54,981 bases of DNA. Origin: a virus. Taxonomy: Duplodnaviria; Caudoviricetes. The stretch lies in IMG/VR virus record IMGVR_UViG_3300033412_000020, positions 1 to 54,981 of that record; one strand, 5' to 3'. Both the position numbers and the translations under genes were made by a program. The notes under the pieces were generated by a model. The model worked only from the letters and a program-made list of their open reading frames with translations, was not told the DNA's origin and did no database searches. The stretch's first letter is position 1. Every line of letters begins with the position of its first letter. Shown here piece after piece: positions 9,186 to 17,649 of this stretch.

Positions 9186-9272
9186 CTACAGACCCATCAG
9201 CCACTGGATTGCCAGTCCGACAAGGAAGCCGATACCTACGCCGGCCAGCAGTAAGACGAACCACATGCCCAT
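9186..9272 (-). CDS. 28-aa single-TM peptide
   Basis: GGAGGT RBS, then MGMWFVLLLAGVGIGFLVGLAIQWLMGL. Confidence 0.55.
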   Translation of the reverse strand: MGMWFVLLLAGVGIGFLVGLAIQWLMGL

Positions 9273-9349
9273 ACCTCCAAGTTGATCAGTCCAATGTGGA
9301 CAGTCGTATAAAATTGGGGTTTTTCCGGCAGGCCCCGGTAGGGCCTTCG

Positions 9350-9423
9350 TAGCGGGAGTGGGATTCGAACCCACGATCTTCGGGTTATGAGCCCGACGGG
9401 CTGACCAGCTGCCCTATCCCGCG
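9350..9423 (-). tRNA. initiator-type tRNA-Met(CAT)
   Basis: CGCGGGA 5' end with 1:72 mismatch, GGG/CCC in the anticodon stem, CTCATAA loop, GGTTCGAATCC T-arm. Confidence 0.9.
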
Positions 9424-9482
9424 TTGACCTCGCTAAGACTACACCCCCATATACCTATTCGCAAGGCCACCTGCGCGGATCT

Positions 9483-9510
9483 TTGATGACGGGCATATCC
9501 ACCGTATGAT
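9483..9510 (+). promoter_or_regulatory. SigA-like promoter for the terminase gene (probably leaderless)
   Basis: TTGATG-N16-TATGAT a few nt upstream of the start. Confidence 0.4.
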
Positions 9511-9513
9511 CAT

Positions 9514-10941
9514 TTGGTGGGCAAATCCCTCCAGCAGATGTATGCCGACCTGCCCGAGGGCATGCGGCGCAAGTACATCGCCGCCCAACCGGACTACATG
9601 ATCGCCGAAATGCTGCGCGGTGAATGGTGGTGGACCGCGCGCCCCGAGCAGTTGCCCCCCGAGACACCTTGGTTCGTCTGCCTGGCCCTCGCTGGCCGTG
9701 GCTGGGGGAAGAGTCGAGCTGGCTCCGAGTGGATCGTCAACCGCGTCATCAAGCACCCCTACGACTCCCATGGCGTGCCTACGGAGTGGCTGGTCATCGG
9801 GGAGACGCTGTCCGACGCGCGGGCCATCTGCATCGAGGGACCGGCCGGCATCATTCGAGTCCTCGAACGTCGCAAAGTGAAGCACAAGTACGTCAAGTCC
9901 CCGCGACCGATGATCCGATTCCCCAACGGCAGCAAGATCTACACCGAGGGTGCGGACGACCCCGACGTAGGGCGTGGATACAACGCCTCGGGCGCGTGGC
10001 TCGACGAGATCGCCAAGTGGCGGTACTCGAAGGAGAGCTGGGACGAGGGCATCATGCCGTCCCTGCGCGCCGACCTGGTCGCGGACCAACCTCGCGCCTT
10101 CGTCACCACCACCCCGAAGCCCATCAAGCTGCTGCAGGAGTGGCTGAAGCGGTCCGACGGCACCGTGCACGTGATGCGCGGCTCGACCTTCGACAACAGT
10201 GCCAACCTGTCCCGAGCGGTCCTCGTAGAGCTGAAGAACCGCTACGAAGGAACACTGATCGGCCGCCAGGAGCTGTACGGCGAGATCATCGAGGCGTTCG
10301 AGGGCGCCCTGTTCAACCGCCTCGATCTGGAGAACTACCGCGTCCACGAAGTACCGGACGAGCTGGTCTCCATCATCGTCGGCGTCGACCCGTCGCTAAC
10401 CGGCGAGGACGACGAGATGGGCGTGGTCGTGGTCGGCAACACGGGCGACCGCCAGATGTTCGTCCTGGCCGACAAGTCCATCATGGCCGTCGGCCGAGCT
10501 GCCGCGCTGCACGCCTGGCGAGTGGTCGCCGAGTACGGTGCAGACCTGCTTGTCTACGAGGCTAACCTGGGCAAGCGCTGGATGGCCCAGGTCTTCGAGG
10601 ACGCCTACAAGGAGTCCGTCGACAATGGACTGTTCATGCGTGGCACCCGGCCGCCCATGAAGGCCATCGACGCCAAGATCGGCAAGCGTACTCGTGGCGA
10701 GCCAGTCGCGATGCGATCGGAGCAGGGACGGCTGCACTTCGTCGGGCGCCATCCTGAGCTGGAAGACCAGTGCGCGACGTTCACGGCCTGGGGTACGGCG
10801 GAGTCTCCGGACCGGCTCGATGCCCTCGTCCACGCCTGTCGGTGGCTCATGTTGCACGAGCGCAAGGCCGCCTCGATTACCTCGGCTGTGGACTTCTCGA
10901 CCACCTTGCAGAGCTTGTTCGCCGAGCAGGCCCGGTGGTAG
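9514..10941 (+). CDS. terL: terminase large subunit
   Basis: Walker A AGRGWGKS, Walker B AWLDE, TTTP coupling motif, nuclease VGVDP...SPDRLDA. Confidence 0.95.
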   Translation: MVGKSLQQMYADLPEGMRRKYIAAQPDYMIAEMLRGEWWWTARPEQLPPETPWFVCLALAGRGWGKSRAGSEWIVNRVIKHPYDSHGVPTEWLVIGETLSDARAICIEGPAGIIRVLERRKVKHKYVKSPRPMIRFPNGSKIYTEGADDPDVGRGYNASGAWLDEIAKWRYSKESWDEGIMPSLRADLVADQPRAFVTTTPKPIKLLQEWLKRSDGTVHVMRGSTFDNSANLSRAVLVELKNRYEGTLIGRQELYGEIIEAFEGALFNRLDLENYRVHEVPDELVSIIVGVDPSLTGEDDEMGVVVVGNTGDRQMFVLADKSIMAVGRAAALHAWRVVAEYGADLLVYEANLGKRWMAQVFEDAYKESVDNGLFMRGTRPPMKAIDAKIGKRTRGEPVAMRSEQGRLHFVGRHPELEDQCATFTAWGTAESPDRLDALVHACRWLMLHERKAASITSAVDFSTTLQSLFAEQARW

Positions 10942-10983
10942 GGCCCGCTCGGCGAAGCTTCTACTTACAGGTCGGTAAAAACG

Positions 10984-11025
10984 ACTGGGGACCCGACCAC
11001 CCCTCTAAGGAATCGGGTCCCCAGT
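10984..11025. terminator. hairpin between convergent genes
   Basis: 13-bp inverted repeat actggggacccga / tcgggtccccagt. Confidence 0.65.
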
Positions 11026-11028
11026 ACT

Positions 11029-11463
11029 TCATTCCTTGCTGGCCGTCGGGTGAGTCGACGCTCTCCGGTGGCTCAGGTCGGAAGTCACGGAGCCAGTCAG
11101 GCTCCGGCCGCTATCGTACATGCCCTCGTTGACGCTGAGGACCAGGTCGATCCATTCCGCGCTCACGCCTTGATTGGCCTGAGACAAGGTCACCAGCTCC
11201 ACCACCACGTCGGCGGTGAGCTTGCGTACGAAGTCCCGGAACTTGGCCACCGGGATGGCGCCTTCCGGGTCGGCAACCGACGGTAGCCGGTTGCCGACGA
11301 TCCAGGCTTCGGTCTTGCTATCGAGCTGCATGCCCGCGCTCACGGCACTCGAAGCTGCAGGTGTGGACGCCGCGATCGCGGCTTCCCACCGTCGATCCTG
11401 TGCCATCTTCCTTGCCTGCTGTGCGGACCTGTGCGCGTTCCTCTTCCCACGGCCATACGCCAT
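11029..11463 (-). CDS. hypothetical protein
   Basis: GGAGG upstream of the ATG. Overlaps the 3' end of the TROVE ORF by 146 nt. Confidence 0.5.
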   Translation of the reverse strand: MAYGRGKRNAHRSAQQARKMAQDRRWEAAIAASTPAASSAVSAGMQLDSKTEAWIVGNRLPSVADPEGAIPVAKFRDFVRKLTADVVVELVTLSQANQGVSAEWIDLVLSVNEGMYDSGRSLTGSVTSDLSHRRASTHPTASKE

Positions 11464-12979
11464 CCCGACCTGCCTCCAGTAGCGCGATCATCTGGAAGGA
11501 CTTGTCCGTCAGACCACCACCGATGGTGACCCGGTTGGCTGAGTCCGGTACCTGGCTGGGACGGTAGCCGGCCAGGTTGAAGGTGTACATCGGGACGCTG
11601 GCCGGCGCAGCCTTGCTCGGGTCTTCGCCGGAGTGCACCTGCTCATCCGTGATCACGATAATCCGATCGTGTCCGGTGAAGCGCTCCCTGATCGCGGTCG
11701 CGGTGCGCGTGCCACCCAGGTTGCTGAAGCGCCGTTCCGCCCGAAGGATCGACATGCTCTTCGGGAAGATCATCTCTACTGACCGGCTTCCGTACTGGAC
11801 CAGCGTCGCGTTTGGCTGGTTGCGCAGGTACAGCGCGGTGCCGAACATGGCGGCCACGGCTGCCCAACGCACACTGCTGTACTCAGACAGGCCATAGAAC
11901 ATCGAGTCTGACCGGTCTACCAGGATCAGCGTGCGACCCCGAAGTGCGGGCAGGTTCTGCAGTGACAGGTTCAGCGCCGTCTCCAAGGCGTGACCCCAGG
12001 TCAGACTGTTCAGCTGCGTGTACGCGGACAGGAACCGGAACGGGAACTGGCGTGAGCGCTTCACCTCCTCGGGGTCCGTGAGCCGGTCGATGACCTGGCG
12101 CACGGTCGCGGCGGAGATGCCAGCCTCGTCGAAGTTGCGCAGGTTCCGCAGCAACGCCATGTAGCCCATGGTCGGGATCGTGTTCTCCCACGCTGCCTTC
12201 TTGTCGACGGCAGCTGAGATCGTGTTCTCCCACGTCATGCCCGCCAGCTTGATGTCGGCCTGGCTCATCTCCTCAACCGCAGTCCCCTTCAGGTCTGCGC
12301 GGTGCTGGATGGTGGGCAACGTGGCAGGGATGATGATGTTCGACCGGTTGTGCCGGCGATCGAGCGCGTACTTATACAGGTCCGAACGCCAGAGAGCATC
12401 CGGCCGGACGTGGCACAGCTCGATCACGTCGGCGAACCGGAATGGCTTGCCCGACGTGTCGTACTTGAGCAGCGCCGCCTCGGTGTACAGCCGGCGAGCC
12501 GCGTCCGCGATACCACGCTTCACCGGCATGGGTAGCCGGCGACCGTAGTGCTTCATCCAGTACGCCACTGCTTCGCCCGGCTCGTCCGGCCGACTCATGC
12601 TGCTGGCGATCAGCTGACGAGAGCCAGCGATACCGAGAGTCAGCATCGAGCGAGCCGACTCCAGCGCACCCACGAGCGGCGCGGTCCGCATGTTCGCGCT
12701 GTTACGCAGCCACGGAATGAAGCCAGCCATCCAGACTGGATAGTTCGGCGCTACGGCGTGGACAAGGTTCGCGTACCGCTCGTCTCGCGCTGACGCGCCC
12801 TCGTGGTACGTCTTCTCGCCACCGAGATTCGAGACAGCGAAGACGAACAGTTCCGACCGCGAGTCACGCTCGTAGGACTGACCGCCCTGGTGTCCCAGGA
12901 TGACCGGTACTGGCGTGGTCGACGTGATCGGCGAACGGCCAGCGACCGGCCGCGCGCCTGGCTTGTTGAACTTGGACAT
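11318..12979 (-). CDS. rsr: Ro60/TROVE-domain RNA-binding protein with C-terminal vWA domain
   Basis: TROVE motifs (RPDEPGE, PVKRGIADA, MALLRNLRNF, SRQFPFRF), MIDAS DRSDS...GGT...ITDEQ, GGAGG RBS. Confidence 0.92.
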   Translation of the reverse strand: MSKFNKPGARPVAGRSPITSTTPVPVILGHQGGQSYERDSRSELFVFAVSNLGGEKTYHEGASARDERYANLVHAVAPNYPVWMAGFIPWLRNSANMRTAPLVGALESARSMLTLGIAGSRQLIASSMSRPDEPGEAVAYWMKHYGRRLPMPVKRGIADAARRLYTEAALLKYDTSGKPFRFADVIELCHVRPDALWRSDLYKYALDRRHNRSNIIIPATLPTIQHRADLKGTAVEEMSQADIKLAGMTWENTISAAVDKKAAWENTIPTMGYMALLRNLRNFDEAGISAATVRQVIDRLTDPEEVKRSRQFPFRFLSAYTQLNSLTWGHALETALNLSLQNLPALRGRTLILVDRSDSMFYGLSEYSSVRWAAVAAMFGTALYLRNQPNATLVQYGSRSVEMIFPKSMSILRAERRFSNLGGTRTATAIRERFTGHDRIIVITDEQVHSGEDPSKAAPASVPMYTFNLAGYRPSQVPDSANRVTIGGGLTDKSFQMIALLEAGRDGVWPWEEERAQVRTAGKEDGTGSTVGSRDRGVHTCSFECRERGHAAR

Positions 12980-13001
12980 GGTGCCTCCCATCAGAAAACA
13001 A

Positions 13002-13032
13002 GAGACCCCCCGCTCACAAGACGGGGGGTCTC
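13002..13032 (-). terminator. terminator between the Y RNAs and the Ro gene
   Basis: gagaccccccg / cggggggtctc stem followed on the minus strand by TTGTTTT. Confidence 0.65.
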
Positions 13033-13040
13033 AATGTAGT

Positions 13041-13184
13041 GATGCCTGAGTACAAGGTCGAGCAGGTGACATTAGCGCGCTCTGCCAATTGAGCTACAAG
13101 GGTGGTTTCCCACTCTCATCAGGAATCGAACCTGAAACATCGCCCTCCGGAAGGGAAGTAACCCACTCTGTCGCAACAGGCATC
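13041..13184 (-). ncRNA. Y RNA, YrlA-like (tRNA mimic)
   Basis: Terminal stem GATGCCTG/CAGGCATC. T-arm CAGGTTCGATTCCTG precedes D-arm TAGCTCAATTGGCAGAGC (permuted order). Adjacent to Ro. Confidence 0.85.
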
Positions 13185-13194
13185 AAAGCTATAG

Positions 13195-13330
13195 AGACCC
13201 CAGAGAACCAGGCACGACAAGATGGGGTTTACCCGCCAAGGGCCTCCCCATGGTGGGGAGTACAGGAATCGAACCTGTGTTTCTCTTTTTATCAGAAAGA
13301 AGTATCTCGTCGCTATCGCAACTGGGATCT
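13195..13330 (-). ncRNA. second Y-RNA-like gene
   Basis: Terminal stem AGATCCCAG/CTGGGGTCT, shared GTTGCGA and TACTTC, T-arm CAGGTTCGATTCCTG. Confidence 0.75.
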
Positions 13331-13344
13331 TAAGTTGTCAAGTA

Positions 13345-13435
13345 AAGCACCCCGAGAACAAGTCGAGTAAGCCACCTGTTAACACGGTAGGAAACCCTGA
13401 TTTGAAGTAGGCCGACTCTTCGCAACGGGGTGCTT
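13345..13435 (-). ncRNA. third, shorter Y-RNA-like gene without a tRNA module
   Basis: Terminal stem AAGCACCCCG/CGGGGTGCTT, shared GTTGCGA, TACTTC and TCGACTTGTTCT elements. Confidence 0.7.
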
Positions 13436-13484
13436 CAGTGCTGGAGCCAACACTAGCGGGGATATCCGGGTACCGCAACCCCCT

Positions 13485-14561
13485 TTACAGGGGCTGCCCG
13501 TTATCGTCCACGTTGCCCGATACCCACCGTTCGTCGGTGCATTCCGTCCACTGGACCGGCGGGTGCAGGATGCTGCCCCAGATGACGTTGTCCGTGATGG
13601 TGTTGTTCATGCCGCTGGTGGGGCAGCGTAGCGGGAAGTAGGCGTTGGCGTGTAGCCAGTTCCCGCTGATCGTCAGCAGATCGAACCGGTCGTCCGCGAT
13701 GATCGCCGAGGTGCCATCGGGGGTCATGTTCTCGATCCAGTTCCCGATGATCGTGATGGGCGGTCCAGCTCCGATGAACACCTGGATGCCGTCCGTGTGT
13801 CCGATCTCCGGGATCATCTGCTCGTACAGGTCGTGGATGTACGACCTCTCCACGAGGTTTTGCCCATCCAGGCTCATGCCGTTCTCGCAGCCATGGATGT
13901 TGACCCGGCGAGCCGTGAAGTTCCCGACCATGCCGGTACCGGGGCTGAACAGGCAGTCCGCCTCGACGTCCTCGATCAGGACACCGCTGCGGGTACGTGC
14001 GTTGATCGGCTCAGTCGAGCAGCGAATCCGGGAGTTGCGGACGGTCACGTTGTCCGCGCCGATGGTCAAGCATCCATCGATGTCTTCCCCATTGATCACT
14101 GTGCCGGCGACCGTGATGGTCCGGCCCGAGGTGTGGATCAGCGTGGTGCCTGCCGGCACTCCCGTGTTGCTGGCGTTCGGTGGAGTGACAGGTGGGGGAG
14201 TAGTGGTGGGTGTAGGGGTGGGCGGGGGAGTGCTGATGGGTGGTGATGTCGGGGGAGCTGACGTGGGTGGGGAGGTTGTGGATGGGTTCGTCGGAGTCGC
14301 GGTCCGCGATGGTGTGGGGGTTGGCGACAGCAGCACCAGTATGCGCGTCTGGTCCTGGACGCAGGCGTTGGCTCGATCTCGCTGAGAGCCGGATGAGTGG
14401 GCGGCTAGGAGGCGACAGTTGTCCAGATTGTTCTGGGCTGTCACCCGTTGGGTGTCGATGGAAGCGAACGCGGGTCGCGTTGTTGGTGAGGCGTATGCGC
14501 CTATCGCGATCAACACGAGGGCTGCCACCACTGCTGAGGCGGTGATGATCCTGCTCTTCAT
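13485..14561 (-). CDS. secreted protein with Pro/Thr linker and right-handed beta-helix domain
   Basis: Signal peptide, PT-rich linker, P...NTGVPAGT.L start, I.ADNVTVRNSRI and HTDGIQ beta-helix motifs. Confidence 0.8.
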   Translation of the reverse strand: MKSRIITASAVVAALVLIAIGAYASPTTRPAFASIDTQRVTAQNNLDNCRLLAAHSSGSQRDRANACVQDQTRILVLLSPTPTPSRTATPTNPSTTSPPTSAPPTSPPISTPPPTPTPTTTPPPVTPPNASNTGVPAGTTLIHTSGRTITVAGTVINGEDIDGCLTIGADNVTVRNSRIRCSTEPINARTRSGVLIEDVEADCLFSPGTGMVGNFTARRVNIHGCENGMSLDGQNLVERSYIHDLYEQMIPEIGHTDGIQVFIGAGPPITIIGNWIENMTPDGTSAIIADDRFDLLTISGNWLHANAYFPLRCPTSGMNNTITDNVIWGSILHPPVQWTECTDERWVSGNVDDNGQPL

Positions 14562-14702
14562 GAGATCGATTATCGCCTGTCTCGGTTACGGTGGGTCAAC
14601 GAGTGCAGGTATATACCCCTTTTCGTAGGCCTCGGAACGTCTATGTCCGGAACCCTCGCGTATGCCTTCCATGCGTGGTATATGGCCTACGATCATGATG
14701 TG

Positions 14703-14990
14703 ATGATCCTCTGGTTCGCGGTGTTCGCGCTGGCGACCGCCCGCGCCACCCGACTAGCTCGCGCGGACGAGATCCTCAGCCGTCCTCGGCGTTGGCTCAT
14801 CACCCGCTGGGGCACGACGTCGAAGATGGCCTACTTCATCACCTGTCCGTGGTGCCTATCGATCTACTTCGGAACGATGAGCGCGGTCGCGTTCGTCGCT
14901 CTCTCCCACGTGAGCTGGTGGCTGATCATCCCGGCCGCGCTGGCGTTCTCGTACATTGCCGGACTTCTCGCTCGGATCGAACAGGACTAA
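14703..14990 (+). CDS. membrane protein (DUF1360-like)
   Basis: LATARATRL...D.I...CPWCLSIY motif with TM segments, directly upstream of the portal. Confidence 0.75.
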   Translation: MILWFAVFALATARATRLARADEILSRPRRWLITRWGTTSKMAYFITCPWCLSIYFGTMSAVAFVALSHVSWWLIIPAALAFSYIAGLLARIEQD

Positions 14991-14993
14991 TCC

Positions 14994-16937
14994 ATGACCG
15001 AGACGCTGGAAGCCGTGATCACGGACGAAGAGATCCCCTACGTCCTCACCGCGTCAGCACTGCGAATGAACTTCGATGACGCTTCGTACTCGAACTACCG
15101 GTTCCGAGACGAAACGTGGCAGCGGGAGTTGTGGCGCTACTACGACATCATCCCCGAGCTTCGATTCGCAGCCAGCTGGATTGGTAGCGCCTGTTCCAAG
15201 GTCGACATCTTCGTGGCTGAAGTGGACAAGCTTGGGCGGGTCCAGGGGCGGGCGAAGAAGAAGGAGGTCGCAGCCCTCAGCGACACACTGCTCGGCGGTC
15301 CAGCCGCAAAGGCTGAAGCCATCCGGATGGCGGCAATCAATCTCACCATCGCGGGTGAGTGCTACATCCTGGGCAAGCCCGCCTCGAAGCCGGGCGTGGA
15401 CAAAGACAAGTGGTTCATCCTTTCGTCCAGCGAGATACGGCGGGTCAAGGGCGGGCAGGTCTTCTGGGGCGATCGCCAGTACTACCAGGAGATTCTGGAC
15501 CTGACGAAGTCGATGGTCACTCGGGTCTGGACACCACATCCCCAGAGGATATGGTGCGCGGACAGCCCGGCTCGCGCGTGCCAAGCCATCCTGCGCGAGC
15601 TGGAGCAGCTGACCAAGTACGTCTTCAGTCAGATCGACTCGCGGTTGGCCGGCGCCGGCATGCTGGTGATCCCGAACAACCTCGACTTCCCGGCCGAGGA
15701 CGGCGTCACTACTGCGGGCGAGTCCCTGATGATGCGGATGGCCCAAGCCATGGCCGCGTCCCTCAAGGGCGACGGCACGGCGATGGCCCTGGTCCCGCTC
15801 ATCATCGAGGCCGCGCCGGAGGACATCGAGCGCAGCTTCAAGCTCATCCAGTTCGCCTCCGAGCTGTCCAAGCAGGCGGTCGAGCTGCGCGATGAGGCCA
15901 TCCGTCGGCTCTCGTTGGGCCTGGACATCGCGCCGGAGATCCTGACCGGCCAGGGCGACATGAACCACTGGTCGTCTTGGTTCGTTGACGAAGCAACGGT
16001 GAAGTTGCACGTAGAACCGTTGATGAACCGGCTCTGTGACGCGCTGAGCACCGCGTACCTCGTCCCAGCCCTGAAGATCATGGGCCTCGATCCGCAGCGG
16101 TTCGTGTACTCGTTCGATACGTCGCCGCTCACCATCCGTCCACAGCGACTGCAGGACGCACTGAACCTGTTCGAGAAAGGCGCGATCGGGTACGAGGCGC
16201 TGCGCGTGGCGGGATACTTCAAGGAGTCTGACGCACCGACGCCGGAGCAGCTGGCCATGTCGTTCGCGAAGGAACTGATGCTGCGTGACCCGAACCTGGC
16301 GCAGCAGCCTGGCTGGCGCCACCTCGCTGGGATCACTGATGAGATGCTTCCTCCCGCATCTCTGACAGCGCCAGTGCCCAGTGGTGGTGGGATCGGTGGC
16401 GGTGGGGGAACAGGGGCGCCTCCGCCGCCACCACCTCCATCGAGCATCATGGATACCGGGATCGCGCCTACTCCGGACGGCCTGGCAGCACCCCCCGCTG
16501 GCATCAGCGGGGGCGACATGCCCGGAGCTGGTTCTGGCGCACCGCAAGGCATTCAGGCCAGCTCGGCGATCGAAGGCGCGCACGATATGGCCGTCATCAT
16601 CGCCGCCCACGCCACTGTCCTACGTGGACTGGAGCTGGCCGGCAACAAGCTGCGTACGCGCGCCACTTACAAGGAGCATCCGAACCTCGACAAGCACCAG
16701 ATCCATACGGTCATCAAGGCGCGGGACCGGCTCCAGGCGGTGTCCCTGATCGAGGGAGCGTGGAGTCATCTGCCCACGTTGCTGAGCCAGTTCCACTCGC
16801 ACGTGAAGCCCATCGATCTGCGTCAGTCCCTGACCCGCTACTGCTCGGTCCTACTGACCGAGGGCATCGAGCATGATCCCGTCACGATGATCAAGCTTCT
16901 TAGACAGGACGGACATCTCAATGGCCGCGAGTCGTGA
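14994..16937 (+). CDS. portal protein
   Basis: WQRELW.YYD..PELRFA and RLSLGLD..PE.LTG....NHWS.W actinophage portal motifs, plus position. Confidence 0.85.
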   Translation: MTETLEAVITDEEIPYVLTASALRMNFDDASYSNYRFRDETWQRELWRYYDIIPELRFAASWIGSACSKVDIFVAEVDKLGRVQGRAKKKEVAALSDTLLGGPAAKAEAIRMAAINLTIAGECYILGKPASKPGVDKDKWFILSSSEIRRVKGGQVFWGDRQYYQEILDLTKSMVTRVWTPHPQRIWCADSPARACQAILRELEQLTKYVFSQIDSRLAGAGMLVIPNNLDFPAEDGVTTAGESLMMRMAQAMAASLKGDGTAMALVPLIIEAAPEDIERSFKLIQFASELSKQAVELRDEAIRRLSLGLDIAPEILTGQGDMNHWSSWFVDEATVKLHVEPLMNRLCDALSTAYLVPALKIMGLDPQRFVYSFDTSPLTIRPQRLQDALNLFEKGAIGYEALRVAGYFKESDAPTPEQLAMSFAKELMLRDPNLAQQPGWRHLAGITDEMLPPASLTAPVPSGGGIGGGGGTGAPPPPPPPSSIMDTGIAPTPDGLAAPPAGISGGDMPGAGSGAPQGIQASSAIEGAHDMAVIIAAHATVLRGLELAGNKLRTRATYKEHPNLDKHQIHTVIKARDRLQAVSLIEGAWSHLPTLLSQFHSHVKPIDLRQSLTRYCSVLLTEGIEHDPVTMIKLLRQDGHLNGRES

Positions 16938-17649
16938 CGCGGAGGGCTCCGTCTACCGGGCAGCGAAAGCTGGCTTGACCCGGTGGCTGGCGGCTGCTCG
17001 CACGGCGGTCATGGCTCCATTCACCAGGTTCCGCGCCACCCCCAGCCCCGGCGCGCTCGACTCCGTCCTACCAGTTTGGCAGGCAGAAGTAGATCGCATC
17101 CTCGCAGCGCTGACACCAGCCCTGAAGGAAGGCTGGGCCGGCGCCCATATCCCAGGTGACTACGACCCGAACGATCCTTTCGTCCAGGCAAACCTCGCAT
17201 TGACCCGGAATCTGCTCGTTCGCATACCCGATGAGGTTCATGCCCTCATCGTCGCCAAGATCCTCGAAGGCTCGAACGCCGGGCAGACGATCGACCAGGT
17301 GGCGGCGGCGGTAGATGACGTCCTCACCTTCACCGGCTCCGAAAACTGGGATGCGCGCGCCCGCGTCATTGCTCAAACGGAAACCACCAGACACTTCTCC
17401 TCCTCCATGCTGGCTCACGGTCTGCTAGCGGAGCGCCAAGACGGCACACCGATGATCAAGACATGGGAGACACAGACCGACGGGAAGGAGCGTAGCTCCC
17501 ATCACGCGGCGGACAAGCAGACGCGCCCCCTGTCCCAACCGTTCACCGTAGGTACATCTCAGATGATGTTCCCGGGCGACCCGAGCGCCCCGGCGAACGA
17601 GGTCTGTGGCTGCCGCTGCTACCCATCGATCAAGAAGGCAGGCTCATGA
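16921..17649 (+). CDS. MuF-like minor head protein
   Basis: RARVIAQTET, K.W....D.KER.SH, F.VG....FPGDP...A.EV.GCRC. Confidence 0.85.
   Translation: MAASRDAEGSVYRAAKAGLTRWLAAARTAVMAPFTRFRATPSPGALDSVLPVWQAEVDRILAALTPALKEGWAGAHIPGDYDPNDPFVQANLALTRNLLVRIPDEVHALIVAKILEGSNAGQTIDQVAAAVDDVLTFTGSENWDARARVIAQTETTRHFSSSMLAHGLLAERQDGTPMIKTWETQTDGKERSSHHAADKQTRPLSQPFTVGTSQMMFPGDPSAPANEVCGCRCYPSIKKAGS

Noticed and set aside
13041-13330. Additional true tRNA genes
   Set aside because: The T-arm precedes the D-arm and there is no standard cloverleaf. Better explained as Y RNAs next to Ro.
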